Shown: one piece after another, positions 47,604-60,011 of the stretch
Layout: each line of letters starts with the position of its first letter
Position numbering within the stretch: position 1 is the first letter of the stretch
Source: Curvularia clavata
Lineage: Eukaryota
Length of the DNA stretch: 64,000 nucleotides
Direction: 5' to 3'
Assembly (NCBI GenBank): GCA_023920165.1
Contig: CP089277.1
Span: forward strand, 992,001 to 1,056,000
Notes under the pieces: generated by a model
What the model was told of the DNA's origin: nothing
Databases searched by the model: none
The model's input: only the letters and a program-made list of their open reading frames with translations
Program-made: the position numbers and the translations under genes

Positions 47604-49720
47604 ATGACCAAGAGGTCGCATGCCAGTATATCCGCTTCGCATGCAGAGCCTCTGGGGCGGCAAACATCGTACGATGGCGAAGGCAGCGCCAGCCACGAGG
47701 ACGGCGATGGGTCATCGCTCAAGAAAGCGCGCTCCTTCATGGCTACGCTAGTAAGTTGGGCCATGGCATCGCTCCAAAGCGCAACTGACCAAGACAGGCC
47801 TGCGATGTGTGTAGATCGAGAAAGACAAGATGCGACGAAGATCGACCAAGATGTGGCTACTGCAGGACCATGAACCTGGAATGCACCTATCAAGCACCCC
47901 GAGCAACCAAAAAAGACCAGTCCATGGCCGTAGCTATAAATGCTATCCGGAGACTGGAGTCCAAAATTGAAGACCTCACTACAGCTATCAACGCGCCCAA
48001 GCCTGCGCCCACGTTGCCACATTCTCCAGCAGGACCCATCTCAGACCATCACTCACCTTATGCAACCTTCTCTCAGCCCAGCCCTGGCAGCCATGTTACA
48101 GGTGTGCCTGCTAACAGCTTACATCGCAGCAGGCTGAGCCTACATGAGCCTGCCATGTCCCCGCAGGTTGTTGGATCACCAGCTAAAAGTCCTTTCACCG
48201 TCCCAGAAGCACAAGGTGCCGTCGATCTCTCCTTTAGCCAGCATCGTGTTGCATTGTGGCCGGCTGTCCAACACATTCTCCCTTCAACATTTGTTTCGGC
48301 CCGCAAGGAGCTCCCAGAGGACTATATAGTCGAGATTGAGAACTACAGACTGCCCCTGTCCATGAATATCCACCACCCATATGGCACGGGGCCCGACAGC
48401 TGGTTGATGAGTCTTCCACAGTCGGCAGTAAAAGGCCTTGCAGATGCGTACTTTGCGGTATTCCACCGGAACACGCCGATACTTGATAAGTATCATTTCT
48501 TCTCAAGTACTTTGGGCACGGCTATGGAGAATGAATTTGGATACGACATCGAAACTGTTTTGGTACTTAATGTGCTGGCGTTAGGGTGCTTAGCTGTCAA
48601 GGCACATGAGGAGGGTGACTTTAGTCTTCCTTCTCGCCATTCTGCGACTGGACGTGGCTTTGTTCCGCCCGAGTGGTACGAGCTCATCCTTGACAAACCG
48701 CCTGGCATAAAGTTCTTCAACGAAGCTCGGAAGCGCTCTGGGTTTCTCATGTGCCAGACTGACCTGCAAGCTGGTCAGTTTTACATGCTGTCCACGCTTT
48801 ACTATGCCCAAATACTGCGACCGTTAGATTCCTGGACCACAGTGAACAGAGCGGCTTTGTGCTGCGCCAGCATCCTCACACGCACGTCGACTGTTGATTA
48901 CGAGACATGGGAAGGCGACATGCTTTCAAGGCTTTTCTGGTGCACTTTGATGTATGAAACGGTAATCACCCAAGAGCTGGACCTTCTGCCCCACAGTGGA
49001 CTTTTGGGCTATGAGCCTGACATACCACTGCCAAAGTTCACGCATTGTCCACGGCCGAAGACGTCGATATCGGGCCTGCTCACCGACGAAGACGACTCGC
49101 TGTTCAACTTTCATTTCCTCGCCCAAGCTGCGCATCGCATCATTCTCACCCGGGTAAAGCAGAGTTTGTACACGTTTGCTGAGAAGGAAGGGTATCCGAG
49201 TGCCAGCCTAACAGCAGAAATGCACCACCAACTTGAGCAATGGCGAGAAAATCTCCCGCCTACACTGCAGTTCTCAGACGCCGATGACGAGGGCGACTCA
49301 GCCAGTCCTGCACACGTCATTGCCAAAGCCATGCTGCGCAGTCGCTACCTCGTCGCAAAGTTTCACATTGGACGGCCTTTTCTCTACAAAGCACTGCATG
49401 CACCCGGATACACCAACGAGGCCGAATACGACGAGGTGCGCGAGGGTCTCCGGGGTGGCATGTACTGGCCGACGACAATGGGTCTCTGTACGCAAATGCT
49501 GTCCGCGTTGCCCATAAAGTTTGGATGGTGCTGTCAGTGCTTTGGTCAGGTGCTGCTGTTTCACGCCGTAGCGCTGTCTCCCGACCCCAGACTGCGAGAA
49601 ACGTTACCCGAAGGATGGCGGGAATGGGTGGGTATAATGATGGCATTGATTCAAAGCTGTGCAAAGAGCAGTCCTGGTATCGCAAAGGACTACGAACTTC
49701 TGCGCTTGTTGGGCTCTTGA
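47604..49720 (+). CDS. Zn(II)2Cys6 transcription factor
   Basis: Exons 47604-47750 and 47798-49720. Spliced ACDVCRSRKTRCDEDRPRCGYCRTMNLECTY followed by coiled coil RRLESKIEDL. MHR-like RLFW and LEQWRENLP. Confidence 0.92.
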
Positions 49721-50763
49721 GTGCCCGCCTGCAAATTGCCAGGACTGAATCGAGGTTACTATAGATTTCCAGGAGGACCGGGGAAGCCAACTACCCTCGA
49801 CTCGACTATCACAGTATCCCCCTCATGCTGTGTACGATGTAGCGCAAAAAGGTCGCGTATTGCTGTGCCACACACCAGACAGTGTCAGACAGCGGATTCT
49901 AGCCACATGTGGCGTTGAAACAATACAAATCCCTCATTCGATGACAGAGCACAGTGGCCCCAGCGTCGATCATTCCAATTCGAGCGGAGTACGAGCTGGG
50001 GCTTGCGTGTACCGTTGCTTACCGAAGACGCTTGGTAGACTATAGCTAGACAGGTTTGTCTGAAATAGCATCATCTCGTAAATGAAAAGGGGGCTTCCAT
50101 CAGTGCGTATCACAGCGAGCAGAGACCAGAAACGAACTTGCTGGGGGATAAGATAATGCCCCCAGAAACAGTCGCCATGTCGAGAGCCACAGCCACACCG
50201 TCCTTCTCAGCTTGGCCATCCATTGGCAGCATCGAGAAGTCCAACGCGTTTCAGCCCTTTCCGTGCCGGCAGCTATCCCCAATCTGCCCGCCCTAGGCCC
50301 GTTGCGGCGCTAGGCGTTCTGCTGCACGACCAGGGTATCACATCGCCGGTCTGACACGCATTCTCCTTGGGAACACACTACCACGACATTCCTACGCTCC
50401 TTTCGTATTCCTTTGCTGGTTCCTATTCCATTTTTACTGCGACACGCTGCTCCTGACTCCCTTTTGCCTTGCTGCCCGCTCCCACGTCGTCCTCCGCCCG
50501 TCGCTGATTGGAACGCCCTGCGCTGTTGTCTTGTACATTTTGTCCATTCGGCCTACCCACATCGTTACGGGTACACACACGCTTTGTTAGTGGACGCGCG
50601 CAGTCTGTACACGCTGGGTGTTTGATTGTGCGCCGACGTAGGACAAAATCCGCAGTCTGCCGGTGCTGGACTCGAGGCGAAAACGAGAAACTGGACACTC
50701 CATATCCTTAGGCGCCGCACGCCTGCCTATCGCATCATCTCATACCAGCAACTGGAGTCACTC

Positions 50764-52132
50764 ATGAGCGACTACTCATATCAATCGTTGGCCAACATGG
50801 GGCCGCAGGGCCGGTGGCGCCGCGTTTTGTTTATCGCGGCGGTACCCATGGTGCTGGCATTTATTTATTACAGTACTCCTTCCGCATACATGCCGGCTGG
50901 TCTGACCTCATCGCCGTAAGAAATGCTTCCATCCCTGTTGTCTTGACTCGCCTGACGTGCGCCAGATACCCGCATACACAAAACATCACCCTTCCCAAAG
51001 ATGATCTCTCGATGGCGACTATAATAAAAGCACTCTACGGTCCCATATTACACCCAATAGACGCCGCAAACTTCACAGATGAGGATGGAGATGTATATAG
51101 GTTGCCTGGGGAGCCTAGGTTTAAGAGCAAGTTGGGAAAGAAAGTGCTCATTTTGGATATCGATAGCAGGCCTTTGACGGACGAGGGCCAATTGATGAAT
51201 CAACACTTGAAGTGGAAGGGCATGCGGTCGCTTTCCGCTGGTATGCTCGGTCACTACATGTTCGGTATGTATTCGGAGACCAAGCGTGGGGTGTTGATGG
51301 ATTCATGGCACTGTGCAGATGTCCTTGAGACCATTCTCCGCTCATTGGTGTACGCTGAAAACTTAGGCTAACATCTTCAGCCCAAATACACGGTTACGAC
51401 TACAAGTTTGTCCGCGCACCCGACTACGAGGACCGCTGGGGCACCTGGGTCAAGGTCCCCATGATGAAGGAAGCCCTCAAGACCCACGAATACATTGTCT
51501 TTATGGACTCGGACGTCATGTTCCACTACCCACATCTGCCGCTGGAATGGCTTCTGAACTACTGGAACATGACCGACGACACGCTCGCCATGATGTCCAT
51601 TGATCCCAACGAGCCGCAAAATTACGACTCCCGGGGCAACCGCTACCTCAACACCGGCTTCGTCATTGCCCGCCAGAGCAAGCGCACGCAGGAAATGTAC
51701 AAGGCGTGGGCCGAGTGCCCCTCGGAAACACGCTACAAGGGCTGCGCAAAGTGGAAGAAGGGCTGGGCGCACGAACAAGCCGCCTTTGGAAACTACCTCC
51801 GTTACGACTACGACCGCCCCAACGACATCCGCGTCCTACCGTGCGTTGAGGCCAACGGCGCACCCGAAGCAGAAAAGCGCGGCGGTTGTAAGGGTGTCTT
51901 TGTGCGACATTTTTGGGTGGACAAGGGCCTGGTGGCCAAGAACCTGGCAGACAACGTCATGCAGTACTTTTTGCCTAGGCTACACGAGGCGTATATGGGC
52001 TCCGCCAGCGAACACATTGTGGACGCCAAAGGCTTCAGGCTCGAGGGCGCAGAGCTAATTGAGATGTCCGAGGCAGAGAAGGAGGCGGCGAGGAAGGGTC
52101 AGGGAAAGAATCAGAAGGATGAGGGGTGGTGA
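50764..52132 (+). CDS. Glycosyltransferase family 34-like (GMA12/MNN10) type II membrane protein
   Basis: Exons 50764-50915, 50966-51264, 51381-52132. N-terminal TM. Motifs AQIHGYDYKF, WVKVP, FMDSD (DxD), LNTGFVI, HEQAAF. Confidence 0.85.
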
Positions 52133-53013
52133 TTGTTGTTTCTCTTCCTCGTTTCGCTTTATCTTCATGTCTCTCCATGCCGTTGTGTTGCTACGAATTT
52201 TAGACTTTTGGATGGGTTTTCTGCACTATTTTGGTCTTTTTGCGATATTTCTGTTTGGCTACGAGGCATTCTTTCTCTCCCGCTCTCATTCGTTCTTTGG
52301 CGACGGAGAAAAAACTTCAGCTTCCATCGCCTTCTCACTCCAGTGAGCGAAAACATCACCGCATTATAGAAATGTTGCAAAACTAGCAAACTGCGCTGTT
52401 ATATGCTTGGGGGGTTGTTTGTGAAACCATTTGAATTATTCAGAGAAACGTCAAGCATGGCTGTCACTTTTTTGTTTTCTTTCTCATCCGCGAGTGTCTC
52501 ACGTAGAGTTTGAGAGTAATAGTATGACTTGGGGTAGTTTTTTTGTTTAGGGTAACGATGAGAAAAGTAAAATACATCGTTGTTGTGGAGTAGCTATCAC
52601 TGCCGTGCAGACGGTGAGGTTTTGTGCATGCTGATATGATGATGCTGAGTCACTGGTGTTGTGAGGGTTGATGCGTAAGTGGGACGAGAAACTCAGCTTG
52701 ATATGTATCTCTGCTCTGGTGACTTATATACATCCAAAGACTTCAACCGCATAGATAGAGTAGCTCCTTCGCTTTACATATTGCAAGCGGACCCCACGTG
52801 TGACGCTAGTGCTGGTGCCTGGGGGCTGGAAACGAGTAAGCTCGTCTTCCATCTCCATTGAAATCCTGCAATCAAGATCTGAGTCATAGAAAATATCTTG
52901 CATTCTACGCTCTTATGATCATAGGCTCTGGGTGGCTCGTATGTTGTTATCAAGAATCTTTACCTAGACGTCTGCGCCTATCAACCGCAGTGTCAACACG
53001 CCACAAGACCACC

Positions 53014-53781
53014 ATGCCACCATCTTCATCAGCCTCTAAAACAAGGCCCTCTCAAACACCCACAACCTTCCACCCCTGGTCCCGCCTCCCCGACGAACTC
53101 AAACTCCATATTCTCTCTTACCTCCTCATCTACCCCCGCACCATCCCCGTCTTCCGACGAACCTTTTCCGACCCCTCACCTGATCCTGTCTACCTGCACT
53201 CTCACCACCCGCAAACCCACCTCTTCCCCTTCATCCAAACTAGAAACTACAAATTAGCGAGACTAGCTCAAGAAGTATACTTCAAGCAAAATACATTCCG
53301 GATCAAGCTTTCAGCTAATAGAGCGCATATTTGTCCGTGGCCGAGAGCGGGGTGTGTGGCTGCAAGACTAATGAAAAGGGTGCATGTTTCTACGGAGCTG
53401 GATGTGAATTGTACGCTGGAGGAGATGGTAGATGAGGAGGGGGCGGGAAGATGGTTGTTTCGGCGGAGGAGAAGCGTCGATGACACGATTGGATTGGAGG
53501 AAGTGGCACCGGCACCGAAGGCTGGGTTTGAAAAGCTAGATGTGTTGTATGTTCGAATAACTATTCAAGATGAGGAGGAGGATGAGTATGTTCCGCTTGA
53601 GCTTTCGGAGGATAGAGTGGAGAGGCTGAAGGAGTTGATGGGGAAAGTGGAGCTTGTGATAGGGGCAAAGGAGGTCATGGTGAGTGCGAGAGTAGTTTCG
53701 TTTGATGGGGAGAATGTGTATGATGGGATTTGCGGGAGTCTTGGGGAGAGAGCAATGGAGAGTTGTCTAAGTAGTTCTTAG
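53014..53781 (+). CDS. Hypothetical protein with an F-box/2EXR-like N-terminal motif
   Basis: ATG at 53014. Motif FHPWSRLPDELKLHILSYLL, then LAQEVYFKQNTF. Confidence 0.65.
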   Translation: MPPSSSASKTRPSQTPTTFHPWSRLPDELKLHILSYLLIYPRTIPVFRRTFSDPSPDPVYLHSHHPQTHLFPFIQTRNYKLARLAQEVYFKQNTFRIKLSANRAHICPWPRAGCVAARLMKRVHVSTELDVNCTLEEMVDEEGAGRWLFRRRRSVDDTIGLEEVAPAPKAGFEKLDVLYVRITIQDEEEDEYVPLELSEDRVERLKELMGKVELVIGAKEVMVSARVVSFDGENVYDGICGSLGERAMESCLSSS

Positions 53782-53836
53782 TCTACGTCTACACGCCACT
53801 CCCGACAATAAAACCCCAACCAAGACAAAGGCGTAT

Positions 53837-55016
53837 TTACACCTCATGCTCTATATCCTCAACCCTCGGCACCTTGTGCAAACTCACACCACAAAACCTT
53901 GCCACCAGCTCAACCTGTACCTATCGTCAGCAACTTTCAACTTCTTCAAAGAAACCCCATAACAGCCTAAAGAAAGGGAATGAGAAAGGGCACAACATAC
54001 ACATCTCCAAACCCCCTCAGCATCTTCCTTCGCCACCCCAATCCTCCTCAACCCCCGTAAATGCCATGCGCTCTCTCTCGGCAGATTCTGCATCATAATT
54101 CCCGTGACAACCGTCATTTCAGTTTCTATATCGTTGAGAACACTGCGGTCGGAGAGAAAGAGACCGTAGGTGATATTTTTCGTTAGCCAATCTACACCGT
54201 CTGCATTAGCACCATTATATCTTTTCCCTTCTGCTACCCTAACCAGCAGTGAAGAAGAGGGGGCGTAAAGGGGAACGAGAGAGGGAACTAACCGAAATCC
54301 CTATTCTCAGACAGAGAAGTATTAATCATTCCCTGCAAATTATGTTTGTACAACCTGCCCAGCCATGCTTCTCCACGTTGGTAATTGGCTTCGTCGGCCT
54401 GCCAACCTTCTCTGTTCACCAACCAAATCAGCCAGTCAGTTCGCTCAAGTACACACTCTCTCTTTCCCAAATACCACCACCCAGCGACACTAAAGACAGG
54501 GAAAACTTACCTCGTAGCCGACAAATCTTTATCTTCGTCCCTCACCACCGCAGCAATATCAAATATAGCTTCCAACGGCTTACACACACCCACGATAATC
54601 ACGAGCTTCATGAGCGTCTCGCGCAGACGCCGGAGTAATGCCTGGCGCTCATCTGGCGTTTGATATTCTGAGCGCTGGATCAGGTGCTGGTAGAGAAGAG
54701 GGGAGAAGTTGGGCTGGCCGCCACTGACGAGGGCAGCGAGCTGGTTGAAGATACGTTAGTGATTGAAGGAAGGCAAAGGGGTGGCGGGTTAGAAAGAAAG
54801 AAGGGAGGGAATGATGGGTGGCGAATAAATAGGCACAGGGGGGAAATAGTGAGAAAGAGGAAATATGAAAGAGAGATGTACCAAAACAATGTACCATTTA
54901 TCTGGTCCGAGGGACTTGGAGGGAAAAGTTTCTTCAATGGTTTGGAAGAGGGAGAGGGCTTCTGAGGTGCTGGGCTCGCGGGGTATTGGGACAGCGTCAG
55001 TGGTAGGAGCAGACAT
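53837..55016 (-). CDS. AhpD-like / carboxymuconolactone decarboxylase-like protein (Pxp2-like)
   Basis: Five exons read by eye: 55016-54882, 54740-54511, 54411-54293, about 54191-54001, about 53920-53837. Product includes RLRETLMKLVIIVGVCKPLEA, NITYGLFLSD.VL.IETE, AWHLRGLRRIG. Confidence 0.8.
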
Positions 55017-55484
55017 GTTTGTTGTTATATTGCTATGAAGTTTGGAAAAAAGGGAATAATTATGGCGGTTAAAATTGTAGCTAGAGCGCTACTTTTCTGT
55101 CTCTCAAAAGAGGAACTTGTCGTTAGCACCGCCGCTGCTTCCCCGCGACCGTCCGAAAATCGGGGGTAACAACGCGTCGCGCGACTAAAGTGGGTTAGTC
55201 GAATCTGATGTAATATATCACGAACGAGGGACATGGATTTGATGACTCTGCAGATCGTCGTGTCTTACAAATTCGTGTCATGACCGCAATGCATGGGTAC
55301 GAGTATGAGTTTGGTCAAAATACAAAATGGGTAGTTCAAGATTACGTACATGCCCACCTAATGCGGGGGGAAAACTATATGCTATTTTGCACCCGATCCC
55401 GCATGCATTGACAGAGAAACAAAATCATATACACTGAAGAAAACGCAATAACTCAGGAATCAGCTGCTGCATTCGTAACGTCAC

Positions 55485-58026
55485 TCAGGCCCCGTGACCC
55501 ACATCCCAAGAAGGGTCGAGAATGTCAGCGTTAAACCAATCCAGAGACGGTTGCGACTGGAATAGCTGCCACATCATATCGTCGTTCCAGGAAGAAGCCA
55601 TCATGCCATTAGTCGGATCGCCACCACTACTGGGCAATATTTCCGAACCATGATCGAAAGGCATTGTTGTAGAGTAAGCCGTAAGTGGTCCCGTCGCAGC
55701 TGCCTGCCGTACCTGGTTTTGTGCACTCGGATTCTGCACGAGGGGCTTGCATAGACCGAGAAGCGTTGAACAGAGCCGATGCAAGCGGTTGACATATTTG
55801 TTCTCCGTAACCAGTGATGAGATGCTGTCGATGACATCTTCGAGAAGCTTGAAATCTTGAGCATCTGAGGTTCCAACCACATTACAAAAGACGACAAAAA
55901 ACGGGCACAAGGGATGTGAGAGCATGGTCCTGTTACATGTTAGCAGTCGATTAATAGCCCTATATTCCATTACCTACCATGAGAGATAAGGGTCGTAGCC
56001 TTCGATAAAATGATCCAAGCCTCTGGCGAGCTGTTCGATGACCTTGACACATTCGAGCGCCTTCCGTGCGCACTGGAGACATTCTTCTCGTTCGATGTAG
56101 TTTGTTGTGACGGTAGGACTCAGCCGATGAACAGACGTCAAAAGGGAAAAGTACTTGAATTCAAGGCTTTTGCAGTGGATGAGGGAATCGGTTCTGCTGT
56201 CCATGAGGTGCAATTGGCGCTCCTAGCAAGTATTAGTACGTATAGTACGCTCCATTATACATTGAAAGTATCACCTTCTCAATCAAGCCATGTATCTCTT
56301 TCATTTGAGCTCTCAGCTGGGCTATTTCCTCTTTCAGGACACTTGGCGATCGCTTTGTGGTCGAAGGCAGAGTCAAGTCTAAAATCCTGTCTTGCACAGC
56401 GATCATTTCTAAAGTACTCATAGGGGTAGATGGATCGGCTCGCAACAGGTCGTGAATCTTGATTTGGAATTTGGGAAGTGATCTCGGTCGAAGCAGTAAT
56501 AGACTCATAGCGCTGTCGAGCTCTGCACAATGAGCGACCGAAGCGTAGATCTCGCGTTCTTCGTCAGTCTCTGGCACCATCTTGTCGATTTGATGGTATC
56601 CGAGGGCTATAATGGTTCGGGACGCATGGGCTGTAAGCTCCCAACATTGTGCAGGATTTCCTATAATCTGCATCATAATGGCCTGCCAATGCTTAGCCAG
56701 GATCAGTGTTGGGAAAACCACAAATTACTTACTCCCGTCACCAAAGCCTGAACCAAAATCAGTGAAGGCGCGGTCATAAAACTAACATTGTCCAAGGCAG
56801 TGAGTGCGGCTATAATATGATCGTACTCCATTTGTTGGATATGCTTTTGCATTGCGGTGCTTTGGGTCCCTTGCAGCTGGCTGGTGTATATGATAGCAGC
56901 CGCTTGGAAATGGATCACAACCTTGTACAGGTTTAGCGTCTTCTCGTCGGCAGTACCTGCCATGAGAGCAAGAGCAATCCTCTCAACGGCCTTTGGCGGT
57001 ATGTGATCAATGGTGTGATAGCGAACGCCAGTATCAAACTGGACCTTGAATTGATCTGAAGTTATTGTTAGTCTAGCAATAGATGAAAGCAAGGCGGGCT
57101 AGCCTACTCCCAATGGTGACGTTGAATATCTCGCGCTGGGAGAGATCCGTGGAAATGTGCATGGACTTGTCAAAGGTACTGCGGTCTTTCAAGTTTTGAA
57201 CAGGCGCGTGAGTTAGTTGATCAACAAAAGATATGGCAGTCTCAAGAACCGAACGTTGGTGCCCAGAGAGTAATCCATTGGTGGACAATTCTTTGGTGAT
57301 GTGCAAACGAGCCTCATTGGCTGTTTGTGAAGCATTGTCGACTTCTGGGGTCGTAGGAGCCATTGGTGCTTCCTGGGAGCTAGTTGTACGTTTCCTCTTT
57401 GCGGGCCGATCGGGTATGCCCTCCGGGCTCGTTTTGACGGAATTAGTTACAACTTCTGCCTCGTGGATTGAGCTAGGACTGCGATGGGTGCTGTGTAGAG
57501 TGTTCTCCAGAGACGAGAGTCTCTGCACGAGAGCTTGTATCTTGTCGTCACTGTATAGTGCTATGTCAGAAAGATAATGGCCAATAGCGAGCAGCACTCG
57601 TAAAAGATGAAAACACCTGAATAGGTGCTAGTGGAATCATTGGCAAATCACGGTGGTGGGGGAGCTGCGGCAACTCGAGGTCGCTACCATTGCTGCTGCC
57701 ATGCACTGAGCGGGAAGCTGCTTACGTTCGGACTTTGGGCCGGGGAACACGCTTGTGCCTGTTCCGTAGGCATTCGGCCTTGGCTGCTACGCAGTTTGCA
57801 CATGGCTCTTTGCGGTCGCATTTCACCTGGGAGTAGTTAGTGGTAGTCACGGGTGCACCAGATCGTCGTGGTTGCTGCGCTACGACGGCTTCTGCTAGGC
57901 GCTGTTGGCGACCCTGTCGGTTTGTAGACACATGGAGCGGAAGGGCAAAGACAAACTTACCTTTCGGGCATGGCATAGATCGCATGCGGGAACACCCCCG
58001 TGGGCAACCCAGTTCTCTTCCGGCAT
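55485..58026 (-). CDS. Zn(II)2Cys6 transcription factor
   Basis: Exons 58026-57961, 57826-57726, 57550-57108, 57055-56733, 56682-56275, 56222-55978, 55929-55485. Spliced ACDLCHARK|VKCDRKEPCANCVAAKAECLR. C-terminal PFFVVFCNVV. Confidence 0.85.
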
Positions 58027-58970
58027 TTATTAGCGGCTTTGAAAGCAATATGTAATATGTACGTGGAGTATCGAGCACTCTCACTCTCTGGGGTGCTCGG
58101 AGTGTTTGATCTCGGGGGTCTTGGCAAGCCAACGGAGAAGCGCCGCTCCGAGGACCGAGGGGCAAGCACCATCCTTGCAATTTCACCATGGGTTTTCTCG
58201 ATGCGACTTGGGCGTGTCGGACTTTGACAGTAAGTCCAAACTTTATCGTGGCCATGGCCGAATCAGGGCTGAGAGGATAACGCGGAGTGTGTTCAGACGT
58301 GGCTCATTGGGGGCTGGTGGCACGGAGCCGTGTCAGGTTGTGCTCATGCAATTTCGCGGGGACGGGTGAACACGAGGTTTGATACTCGAAAAGTAGAGGA
58401 GGGCCTGCTGCTTTGGAACTCTGTGTTGTGAACTGCTTTTGTGAATTATTGCTGAGAGGAAATGCATTTGCATGCTGGTGGGTGCATTATGGCGTGGCTG
58501 TCCGGTGAGCATGGCGCGTGTAGCAAAGAGTTGGAGTGGACGCAAGTTGCGCAACCATGAAGAAGAGAAACCCGAGGGTGGATAAATGTTCAGAGAAGGC
58601 CGCTGTGCATGTCCGTTTTGAGGAGAGATGGATGCTTGTCCTACAGCTTCCCCACCGCCGGCGGCTGTTCCCGCTGGGGCTAGCCTGGTTGGGCTTGAGG
58701 CATCAACTCGGGATGAATGCATCTGGTCAGAAGGCAGTGGGAATGCGAGGATGATCCATGGAAATACGGCGGACATAGCAAGCAGTCTTGGACGACCTAT
58801 TTTGCATGTTGCATGCTTATCACCTGCAGGCGGCGCGGGTGCTCAGAAGAGCAGCAACAAAGTATGTACAGTCACGGCGTGGAGGTGTGGGTGCTTTTTT
58901 ACTTGATGGGTTCCACTGCAGCGCGAATAAAAGGTAGGAATTTTTCCAACATGGCCCCAGCACTTGTGTT

Positions 58971-58988
58971 TGTGTGTGTGTGTGTGTG
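58971..58988. repeat. (TG)9 microsatellite
   Basis: Read directly in the divergent intergenic region. Confidence 0.9.
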
Positions 58989-60011
58989 GGACGAATCGAA
59001 GGGGGAAGCCCTGTCCACGTTTTGGCCTGATGGCTTCGGCTGGAGGCGGCGTAGCCATGGCGGTGCATTGGATGACTAACATTTTTACAAGACGTGGGAT
59101 GGTGTGCATCACGTGACGGCGTGTCAAGCAGCGACACGGCTGGGGATAAATGGCAGAGAGAGAGACATGGATTCATCTGATGCCGTGTGTCATGGAGCCA
59201 GGGGCCTTGGTTGAGTGGCGCTGTTGCGTCAGCACCGTCCTCAGCACTGAGGCGAGAGGATGCGTCACCGCTGGATGGCCGTCGGCGGCGGCTATTAGCA
59301 GAAGCAGCAGCAGCATGGAATCTTCTGCGTTGATGGCGCCATGGGGCGGCCCAATGGGTGCCCCAGATGCGGTGCGGCGTGGGGGAGGCGAGGCCGTGAA
59401 TCCGACGTCGCGATAAGGCCGCGCATGGATTCCCAAAGGGCCTGCGGCGGAATTCCTTAACGTCGCGGCATGCGTGTGCGCGGGCTGCCATTGGTGCGCT
59501 ACGCGTCATTCTTATCTCTCTCCCAGGCTTTCTCTGCCATGTCTCCCTTCCACATGCTACCAACTATCACTCCCACTCTGCCCCCAGCTATGCCAGGGCT
59601 GTCCCTTCCCCCCCCCCCGGCGCGGGAGCTAGTTTGGTGCCAAAAAGGAAAGAGTTCCTGCACACTTGCCATGGCTAATGCTCCTGACACCTCTTCCCTC
59701 TGCTACTCATAGGCTCTCGTCGCCCCTCCACCTCCCACGGGCGCACAGGTCCCGTCTATCGCCTTGATTGTGTCCATTGCCCCATTTGCCCATTCGGATG
59801 CTCCCGTGCGCACCGCCTGTCCGGATCTGAGGGTGAGTAGTCGATGATTGCTTATCTCGTGCGCCGGCCACCCTATACATACTTTACGAGACGCTGGCCC
59901 GCCCCCTCCAGCCAACTGCACCTCTACTCTGCCTCTGTCGGCCTTCGATGAGCCGCCTCGTGCTTGCCCAACAACCACGCTACCACCACCACCGACCCAG
60001 GTCGACTCCTG

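Noticed and set aside
57551..57725. Internal CAG|GTGTTT in TF intron 2 (possible recursive or stwintron site)
   Set aside because: Poor donor and branch consensus. A single 175-nt intron already gives the correct frame.
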